This document shows positions 1 to 7,459 of a stretch of DNA of 35,439 bases, one piece after another; position 1 is the stretch's first letter; each line of letters opens with the position of its first letter. Source of the DNA: an uncultured Methanosarcinales archaeon. Lineage in GTDB: Archaea; Nanobdellota; Nanobdellia; Woesearchaeales; CAZPJY01. The stretch is taken from the NCBI GenBank assembly GCA_964587045.1, contig CAZPJY010000020.1, positions 1 through 35,439 of the forward strand, in the 5' to 3' direction. The notes beneath the pieces are model-generated. The model was not told where the DNA came from and ran no database searches. It saw nothing but the letters and a program-made list of their open reading frames with translations. The translations under genes were made by a program, and so were the position numbers.

Positions 1-2
1 CC

Positions 3-3000
3 TACACACCAACCCTCAAACAACTAGGAACCCACAACCTAACCTGCAACATAACAGACCAAAGAAACATTTACTACTACGCAGGCGACACCACCTCCGC
101 ATCACACGCAGTCACAGTACAAAAAATACCAGCATACCCCACAGCACCCCCCAACGCAACAATAATCGACAGAGACGAGACCACAGCAGATCCAGACCAG
201 ATAGTAATAACTGTAGACTTAGCGTACGCGATAGCAGACGTCAACCTAACATTCACCGCAACCCTTCTTGACCCAGCAATGCCAGGACAGACCAACAGGA
301 CCATAGCAACCAACACAACAGACTCAAACGGCCAAACCACCATCACATTCAACCCAGACCAAACCTGGTACGCAGGCAACTACACATGGACCACACACAA
401 CAACGCAACCAACCACCAATACAACTACACATACCAAACCTACGGAACGTTGAACCTAACCTTCCTCAATGCTAGCATTAATCCAAACAGCACCTATCTC
501 CAGGGGGATTCTGTTGTCGTGGACGCTTTGCTAGAGAGTCTGGGACTTGAGAACTATACCGAGATGGAAGGTAACTACTCAACTTATGTCAATTCCACAA
601 TTACCCAGCCCAATTCGACATCCTACATGGTTTCACTGTCTTTAGACAGCGGAGACTGGAACGGAACACACCTCCTAGACACACTCGCAGAGCCTGGAGT
701 TTGGAACGACCAGATAATCTCAGACGCCAGCTATTTCTACTCTGATACTGAAGGGCCTAGGACTTTTATAGTCTACGGATACACCAATTCCATTCAACCC
801 GCTTCGAGCTTCGATATAGACAGGGACTCGGCAATACCGAGCATGGCTAACAGCGCAGTTTTCGTAGCAAGACTCACCGGCGCTTTTGCAGACCATAACA
901 TCACCATCCTGGCCAACAGCACAGATCCCTTGCTTGCCGGCGAGGAGAATCTCATCATAGGCTGGAACCTAACCAACTCCACAGGTTTTGCCGAATCATA
1001 CCTTGATCCGGACACCTCATGGCTCGCAGGGAGGTACGAGTGGTGGGGAGCAAGCAACTACTCCTTCCCCAACCAGACTAACTTCGTTGACATTTGGGGA
1101 GGCCTTGAGCTGAACTGGTCACATAACGGAACTTATCCGGTCGAGAAGTACAACCCCGGAAGCGCAGTCATGCTCAGGGGAAATCTTACAAGTTTGGGAC
1201 TTGAGAACAGGTCAATGCTCAACTCCACCTATAACGCGACCGTAAACGCAACCCTTATCCAACCCAACCAGACAGAATGGTATACGGACCTCCACTACAA
1301 CGCATCCCTTGACATGTGGGCTGGCAGCTTCATCCTGCCATTGAACGCCGAGCTTGGGAACTGGACTGTCTACCTTAACGGTTCGGCTTACTATTTCACC
1401 AACGACTCAACGTACAACAAGACTTTCGAGGTTTTCAGCTTCTCGACCAACCTGACTTTAAGGGATGATACTGATCCTCCACTCAGTGCTGTCCGAAGAG
1501 TATACCAGCTGGTAAATTTCACTGCCAACTATTCCATGGTGAATGGAAGCTCAGTGTCTACGGGAGTCTGTAACGTGACTTTCCATGACGGTGTGAACGC
1601 AACCATGGATTACGAGGCGTCAAGCGGCCTGTTCTGGTACAACAGGAGCTTTGATGCCAGCGGAACATTTACATGGTACGTCAACTGCACAGACGCGTTC
1701 TTCTTTTCCGCCAACGCAACCGACAACGTCACGATAAACAAGACACTTACCGACGCAGTCTCCACTCTGCAGACTCAGGTCGACAGGGACGAATCAAATG
1801 CTTTAGTAAGCGACAACACCACTCTGTTTGCACAGGTTCTCAGAGGACCTTCTGGCCTTAACGTCTCATTCCTGGTCAATCTCACCTCTCCGTTTGTATC
1901 CGGGCAGGAGAATCTCCTGTTGGGCTTTGGTCTGACCAATGCTAGCGGTATAGCAAATTTCACTTGGGACCCTCCATCAACCTACTACGCGGGTAACTAC
2001 TCCTGGTACGCTTACCACAATGAGTCTATGGCTAACCTGTCGCTTTGGACGGGGCTGTATGGGACTCTCGATTCCTCATTCAGCGGACCGACTGATCCTG
2101 ATGCTTCCTACTATCAGGCAAACAACGTGACAGTTGTGGCCAACCTCTCAAGCCTCGGACCTGAGAACACCACAGAGCTCAACGCGAGCTACAATTCCCT
2201 GATGAACGCAACCATGATACAGCCCAACTCATCGTCATATGAGAGGATCATGGACTTCAACGGCTCACAGTTCTCCAACACCAGCCAGCTTGCCAACGAC
2301 GCGGAGCCCGGAGTCTGGAACGCGACCCTGAACGCTTCTGCGGAGTGGTTCTTCTGGGACTGGACCGATTCGAGAACATTCATCGTCTACGGCTACGCCA
2401 ACGCAGCCGATCCTCCCAATGGGACAATCGTCGACAGGGACGGGGTATCCACGACATCTGACACGATAGACCTGGTGGCTTACCTGAAAGGAACTTTCGC
2501 AGGGACGAACGTCTCCTTCAAATCGAACCTGACATTCCCGACAATATATGATGAGACCAACCTCTCACTGGGATGGGCGATCACGAACGCGACAGGCCAT
2601 GCGACACTCACGTTCGACCCGAACATCAGCCACTACGCAGGCAGGTACCTTTGGTGGGCAGAAGGCCCGTACCAGTTCTACAACCAGACCAGGACGTATG
2701 ACGTTTACGGGGGCCTAAACGTTAGCTTCGCCTTCAATGAGACCAGCCCCAACTCAACCTATTACCTGACCGAGACCATCAAGATTGAGGCCAACCTCTC
2801 GAGCATGGGGCAGGAGAACAGGTCTGTGCTCAACTCGACTTACCTGTCCGAAGTCAACGCAACACTCGTCAGGGCCAACATGACCAATACGACCATACCG
2901 TTGAGCTATAGGTCTGACGAGATATACAACGGCTCGTATGAGGTGCCGCTCTATGACTATGTAGGGTACTGGAACGCAACACTTTACGGCATCGCCGATT

Positions 3001-3656
3001 ATTTCTTCCTCACGTTCAAGGACCAGAGGAGGTTCAATGTCAGCCTGATCCCGACGAACGCCACCCTCTGGGACGAGACTGACAACGGCACTGCCAGGTA
3101 CATAGGGGACAATGTCACGTTCTACGCCAACTACACCGACATCTGGGGCAACACCGTCCCTAACGCGACGTGCAACGCATCTTTCCATGACGGAGGCAGC
3201 GGCACCATGGTGTTCAATGAGTCAGGGATGATGTTCCATGTGTACAACCACTCCTTCAGCGAAGCAGGGACATTCATGTGGAACGTAACCTGCAATGCGT
3301 TCGGCTATGAACAGAGCACCGAAGAGGACGATGTCCTCATCTATCCGAGGACCAATATAACAGCATCAAAGATTGTGTCGAGCATAGGGGAAGACCTCTT
3401 CTCGGTCATAATAAACATCACCAACAACGCAGGTTATCAAGACCACCTCTACCTGTACGACTTCATCCCGAGCGACTATAACGTAACCTACACTTTGCTG
3501 CCGAACTCTTCTAGGCTCGTAACCGGCGGTAATGCTAGCTCATGGGACTTCTTCGTAAACCCGTCAGGATTCAGGAACATAACCTATAACCTTGAAGGAA
3601 CTGGTGACTACAACCTGAAGGACACTTTCATGATTGGTGCGGATCCGCTCTGGTGA
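3..3656 (+). CDS. Giant repetitive cell-surface glycoprotein, 5'-truncated by the window edge (>=1217 aa); Ig-like units A-B-A-B-C-A-B-A-B-C plus a terminal DUF11-like domain
   Basis: The frame is open from base 3 (YTPTLKQLG...PPNATIIDRD...DPAMPGQTN), so the track start at 279 is an internal Met. Recurring motifs: xDRD...YAGxYxW (A), SLGxEN...QPN...GxWN (B), LxDxTD...FxANY...CNxxFHDG...GTFxWxVxC (C). Very dense N-x-S/T sequons; no C-terminal TM helix. Confidence 0.85.
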   Translation, partial: YTPTLKQLGTHNLTCNITDQRNIYYYAGDTTSASHAVTVQKIPAYPTAPPNATIIDRDETTADPDQIVITVDLAYAIADVNLTFTATLLDPAMPGQTNRTIATNTTDSNGQTTITFNPDQTWYAGNYTWTTHNNATNHQYNYTYQTYGTLNLTFLNASINPNSTYLQGDSVVVDALLESLGLENYTEMEGNYSTYVNSTITQPNSTSYMVSLSLDSGDWNGTHLLDTLAEPGVWNDQIISDASYFYSDTEGPRTFIVYGYTNSIQPASSFDIDRDSAIPSMANSAVFVARLTGAFADHNITILANSTDPLLAGEENLIIGWNLTNSTGFAESYLDPDTSWLAGRYEWWGASNYSFPNQTNFVDIWGGLELNWSHNGTYPVEKYNPGSAVMLRGNLTSLGLENRSMLNSTYNATVNATLIQPNQTEWYTDLHYNASLDMWAGSFILPLNAELGNWTVYLNGSAYYFTNDSTYNKTFEVFSFSTNLTLRDDTDPPLSAVRRVYQLVNFTANYSMVNGSSVSTGVCNVTFHDGVNATMDYEASSGLFWYNRSFDASGTFTWYVNCTDAFFFSANATDNVTINKTLTDAVSTLQTQVDRDESNALVSDNTTLFAQVLRGPSGLNVSFLVNLTSPFVSGQENLLLGFGLTNASGIANFTWDPPSTYYAGNYSWYAYHNESMANLSLWTGLYGTLDSSFSGPTDPDASYYQANNVTVVANLSSLGPENTTELNASYNSLMNATMIQPNSSSYERIMDFNGSQFSNTSQLANDAEPGVWNATLNASAEWFFWDWTDSRTFIVYGYANAADPPNGTIVDRDGVSTTSDTIDLVAYLKGTFAGTNVSFKSNLTFPTIYDETNLSLGWAITNATGHATLTFDPNISHYAGRYLWWAEGPYQFYNQTRTYDVYGGLNVSFAFNETSPNSTYYLTETIKIEANLSSMGQENRSVLNSTYLSEVNATLVRANMTNTTIPLSYRSDEIYNGSYEVPLYDYVGYWNATLYGIADYFFLTFKDQRRFNVSLIPTNATLWDETDNGTARYIGDNVTFYANYTDIWGNTVPNATCNASFHDGGSGTMVFNESGMMFHVYNHSFSEAGTFMWNVTCNAFGYEQSTEEDDVLIYPRTNITASKIVSSIGEDLFSVIINITNNAGYQDHLYLYDFIPSDYNVTYTLLPNSSRLVTGGNASSWDFFVNPSGFRNITYNLEGTGDYNLKDTFMIGADPLW

Positions 3657-4508
3657 TCATATCCTGAGTAAGACTGTCCCCACGAGAGCGAGAAGGATAA
3701 GGGAAATCTGCTTCACCGATAGCTCCTCATGATAAAGCACCTTCCCTAGGACCACAACGACCACGAGGGAGATGGCCATCATAGGGGAGATGAGCGAGAG
3801 CGGGCCGGTTCGGAGCGACGTTAGCAAAGACAGGTACGCCAGGAAATTCACAATCCCTATATGTATCCCAATCCGGATGGATGCTGAGACATTATGGTAT
3901 TTCTTCCTAGGAACGAACTTATGGGACATGAACGATATGCCTACAGAAAACAGGTATGTCACCACGATGAAGAAGCTTATGTCGGTCATCATCGCGGCAT
4001 ACTTGTTCGTGATCTCCAAAGCGGCGCCGGGAATGATGACTAAGCAGGCGATTATGAATCCAAGCTTCCTGTTCCTCTTGAAATTCTTCTTGGATATGTC
4101 GTGATGGATGAAGTAGACTACGAAAAGCATGCAGAGTATCCCGAGCACATGGTTGGCCGTCAGGGTCTCCTTCAGGAACAGGAGTGACTAGAGCACCGTG
4201 AAGACTATCGCGCTTCCGGTGATCGGATAGACTATATTGGTCGGGAGGTGCTTCAAAGCCTTCATCAGCCCCAAGGTGTGCAGGTAGAACGAAAGTGCGA
4301 ACAGGGACCCTAAGATGAGTGTTAGTTGGAGAAAAGATACTGAGAATCCCTTCAGTATCCATGCGGTAGACCCGAGGATGAGGACAGTCATAATGAAGAC
4401 CAACGTGACGACATAGGGATCGCAATCCTTCTGGGTCGAGACCTTGAACAGAAATGCTTGGAGTCCGAACAGAATCACAGCACCCAAAGCGAAGATGAAC
4501 CAGTCCAT
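3657..4508 (-). pseudogene. EamA/DMT-family transporter interrupted by a single in-frame TAG at 4188-4190 (283 codons if read through)
   Basis: Track ORFs 4188..4508 and 3657..4148 share one frame: ...IVFTVL*SLLFLKETLTANHVLGIL... Both halves end in typical EamA motifs (ALKHLPTNIVYPI...LFLKETL; SLRTGPLSLISPM...LYHEEL). Confidence 0.8.
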
Positions 4509-4517
4509 GTTTGACCA

Positions 4518-5816
4518 CTAAGGGTATAGATAGACGCGTTCTGTGGATATCACATCAGGGGTAACGAATTTGGTCAGGGTGGGCGTACCAATTTTTGGAA
4601 TAAGGTTTATTCTTAGCTCTGCATCCTCACCTATGTCTCCGGGCGATTCGTAGTAGATTTTGACAACGTCCCCGCGTCCTATGTTTCCCTCGACGAAGTT
4701 GCTTCCCATGTTGAGGTATTCAACAACGAAGTAGCCCTTGCCTAGCTCCTCGGGGGTTATGTTGATGCTTAGGCCGATTGTGCTGTTGTCTGCGGTAGTT
4801 GTCCCGGATATGTCCAGGTGTCCGTAGGTGACGCCTGAGTCCGAGATGTCCTCGTTGACTTCCACTGCGGCTCCTGAGTTGATGATTGATACGCCGAGCG
4901 GGATTGCTATGTGCGCGCCCATGTAGGCAGCTGGTGCGTTGTTGCTGATGAAGAAGACCGCGTGGGTTTGGTTTATCCCAAGAGCATCGTCATTGCCATC
5001 GTCATCGAAGTCCTCGTTGAGAGTTTCAGGCATGTTGTACAGAAACATCTGGATTCCTGGCGCCCATCCCCTGATGGCGAAGTCCTGTTCTGTTGTGCCC
5101 TGGATGTGGAAGTATCCATACTCACCGATTGCGGTGTAGTTGTTGAAGATGGCCACGGGGATTGCGCCTGCGTTGGAAACATCAGCTGTGGCTCCTGCAG
5201 GGTCCTTGAGTTCTGTGTAGATGATGCCGGCTGAGCTAAGGACCCATCTTAGGTGGGTTCCGCTGTAAACTCCGGGGCATGGCCCGTCATTGTCACATAC
5301 TTCTACAGTGTCTACTGCGCTGTCGCCGTCCAGGTCCAGTATGAGGTTCCTTGGAGCAACTTGGTAGATGTATGGGTTGTTGTTGTCGACTAGGTACTCT
5401 TGAAATACTGATAGGTTCAGGAGGGTTTGTTGGTTGTATGTGTTGAACCCGTCATTTCCCAGTTCGAGTGAGGCACCTACGCCCCTGTAGCGAAGAGTGG
5501 CTGTTGATTCGACAGTGTTTATTGTTAGAAGGGTGTTTTCGAGCTTGATCGGTTCAGAACCGGCGGCAAGCTTCATGACTTGGGTGAAGTTGTTCAGTAC
5601 TCCCATGATTCCGTTTGTTGCGGATACTTCGACTACTACTGCGTGGGTTGCAATTTGATCTTCGGACTGGTCTCCTGTGGCAAGGGCTCTTTCCTGGAGG
5701 CTGCCTGCTGTTGATATTAGAACTCCTGCAGCGACAGCTGCTACGAGAAGGAAGGCTATGAAGACTATTAGGGTGCCAACTCCCATCTCCGCTTTTCTTG
5801 CTGCCGTCACTACCAT
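4518..5816 (-). CDS. arlB: Archaellin (archaeal flagellin family), 432 aa, with a ~225-aa internal insertion of two DxDxDG-type domains
   Basis: Class III signal peptide and canonical N-terminal helix RKA/EMGVGTLIVFIAFLLVAAVAAGVLI; core KLAAGSEPIKL; archaellin-like C-terminus GDVVKI...LIPKIGTPT...TPDVISTERVYLYP. Confidence 0.9.
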   Translation of the reverse strand: MVVTAARKAEMGVGTLIVFIAFLLVAAVAAGVLISTAGSLQERALATGDQSEDQIATHAVVVEVSATNGIMGVLNNFTQVMKLAAGSEPIKLENTLLTINTVESTATLRYRGVGASLELGNDGFNTYNQQTLLNLSVFQEYLVDNNNPYIYQVAPRNLILDLDGDSAVDTVEVCDNDGPCPGVYSGTHLRWVLSSAGIIYTELKDPAGATADVSNAGAIPVAIFNNYTAIGEYGYFHIQGTTEQDFAIRGWAPGIQMFLYNMPETLNEDFDDDGNDDALGINQTHAVFFISNNAPAAYMGAHIAIPLGVSIINSGAAVEVNEDISDSGVTYGHLDISGTTTADNSTIGLSINITPEELGKGYFVVEYLNMGSNFVEGNIGRGDVVKIYYESPGDIGEDAELRINLIPKIGTPTLTKFVTPDVISTERVYLYP

Positions 5817-5820
5817 TTTG

Positions 5821-5880
5821 ACTAATAGTTACTATTAGTATACAAATAGTTATATTAATATACGGATATATTTAAATATT
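5821..5880 (-). promoter_or_regulatory. Archaellin promoter: TATA box (TTTAAATA on - strand, 5869-5876) and 19-bp palindrome ACTAATAGT-T-ACTATTAGT (5821-5839)
   Basis: AT-rich intergenic region; perfect 9-bp inverted repeat 4 nt upstream of the ATG. Confidence 0.55.
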
Positions 5881-5911
5881 TATCGTTTTCCATATATAAA
5901 CAGCAAGAAAA

Positions 5912-6049
5912 CTACCTCAACTTAAGATCCTTCATTTGCTGCTCAAGCCTTGACAATACCTGATGCAACAGCGCAACGTTCCTTGTCAGCTTCTCAACGC
6001 TTTGCTCAAGCTGCTGAATTCTTTTCTCACTTGAATCTGAATCCGTCAT
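5912..6049 (-). CDS. Small coiled-coil protein, 45 aa (MTDSDSSEKRIQQLEQSVEKLTRNVALLHQVLSRLEQQMKDLKLR); below the ORF-track cutoff
   Basis: ATG at 6049 preceded by GGTGAGAGGG; overlaps the 3' end of the upstream gene by 23 nt; clear heptad pattern; fills otherwise unexplained non-AT-rich DNA. Confidence 0.7.
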   Translation of the reverse strand: MTDSDSSEKRIQQLEQSVEKLTRNVALLHQVLSRLEQQMKDLKLR

Positions 6050-7298
6050 CGTTATCCCTCTCACCTAACCAATCGTTAGCGTCCTTGATAAAATCATAAA
6101 CCCTGTGAACAAGGCCATGTACTTCAGAGTCAAGTCCCCTAACAGTTTTTTCCAACTCATCAATTTTAGACTCTCTCCTCCTAGTCTTGGGAAGGGCAAA
6201 AATTAGAATAACCGCAAGAACCAAAAGAGCCGCTATCCCAGTTATAACAAAAAGCATAAAAGACCTAACATGTAAGATGTCGTCTATCTCTGCCATTGAT
6301 CCCAGACCGGGTCCGGAATACACCAAAACCCTTATTGGATAGCTTCCCGAACCTAGGGATGAAGAATCGATTTCAACAGAAACATCCTCCGATGTGCCTG
6401 CAGGTATGCTCCCTTCAACAACATAGTCTATATCCTCAACCATTATCCGCAACCGGTATGGCATTATCTGCGAGGTGGGATTCTCCAAGCCCAATAACAA
6501 AGAGCTTTTCTGGCCTTCGAAAACTGCCTTTACGGAATGCTCCCCCAGGTCGAGGCCCGCATCAGGGGCAAGCACGGAGAAAATCGACTCGAGCTCCTCG
6601 CTTCTTTGGCCATTGAAGCTTAGGGACGCAATAATTTTATAGTTACCAAGCTCCAAGGGTATGTCTGAAAGGTTGAAGAAAATCGATTCGACTGTTCCGG
6701 GCACTAGTACCACAGGATCATTTAATGCGCCGGCAAAATAGCTCATGGATTGCTCTTCTTCGCCCACAATCCTGAAAAGTCTAACGAAAGGAAAACCCCT
6801 CACTACTGAATTTCCCTTGTTGAAAGCAGTGATTATTATCTCAGGCGGCTTGCCACTGAAAGTGTTTTGTGCCTCAATCTCGAGCATTCTCATGTTGTAG
6901 ACCACAGCGCCGGGCACTGAGAAAGTGATGTTGATACCCTCACCTTTCCCAAGCTTCGTGCTTGGAATGATGATTCCGCTATGGAAACCCGGAAAGAAAT
7001 CCTTGGGCAGTCTCGAGGTAACCTCCACATTCCTCATCCCGTTGGCTTTTATCATGAAACTCTCGGGAGAGAACGTGAAGTGCTCCCCAAGGTATGAGGA
7101 ACCGGAATCGAAACCCATAGTAACCTCCAAAGTCTGAGGCTCTCCGTTGACTACGCTTATTATGAAAGTCTTGGAGCCTGAATATTCTGTCTCCCAATCC
7201 AGCTCTGTTGGAGTGATTATCATGGAGACCGCGTTGGTTAAAGGGGTTATGAGTATTAGTAGGAACGTTATCCAAAGGGTGAAAAGTCGCTTGTCCAT
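6027..7298 (-). CDS. Membrane-anchored multi-Ig-fold protein (signal peptide, ~3 beta-sandwich domains, TM helix, cytoplasmic coiled coil); PapD/DUF916-DUF3324-like by motif
   Basis: Likely start MDKRLF at 7298; motifs ITPTEL...FSPESFMIKANGMRNV...PGFHSGII and FNKGNSVVRG...VLVPG; TM FMLFVITGIAALLVLAVILIFAL followed by KTRRRESKIDELEK. Confidence 0.75.
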   Translation of the reverse strand: MDKRLFTLWITFLLILITPLTNAVSMIITPTELDWETEYSGSKTFIISVVNGEPQTLEVTMGFDSGSSYLGEHFTFSPESFMIKANGMRNVEVTSRLPKDFFPGFHSGIIIPSTKLGKGEGINITFSVPGAVVYNMRMLEIEAQNTFSGKPPEIIITAFNKGNSVVRGFPFVRLFRIVGEEEQSMSYFAGALNDPVVLVPGTVESIFFNLSDIPLELGNYKIIASLSFNGQRSEELESIFSVLAPDAGLDLGEHSVKAVFEGQKSSLLLGLENPTSQIMPYRLRIMVEDIDYVVEGSIPAGTSEDVSVEIDSSSLGSGSYPIRVLVYSGPGLGSMAEIDDILHVRSFMLFVITGIAALLVLAVILIFALPKTRRRESKIDELEKTVRGLDSEVHGLVHRVYDFIKDANDWLGERDNDDGFRFK

Positions 7299-7459
7299 AT
7301 ACACTATTTTCCTAGGCATTTTCCTTTAAATAGGTTTGGAATTTTTATTCCAAAATTATAATAGAATGAGAATAGAAATATTTATATAGTAGCTTTAATA
7401 TGGACATACGTATACCAATAGTTATTTTCATAGAATTCATTTGAGTGGGAGGATACAAG

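Noticed and set aside
4188..4190. Genome-wide TAG recoding (pyrrolysine or alternative code)
   Set aside because: TAG ends several genes at natural C-termini (4518, 9313, 10058, 14665), and no other internal TAG was seen in the long ORFs.
3919..4518. 199-aa minus-strand ORF and the many other short overlapping or antisense ORFs in the track
   Set aside because: They are shadow frames of well-supported genes, with no recognisable motifs or translation signals.
4506..4520. Archaellin-EamA read-through fusion
   Set aside because: The in-frame arrangement has a one-in-three chance, the archaellin ends at a family-like terminus, and the topology of a fusion is implausible.
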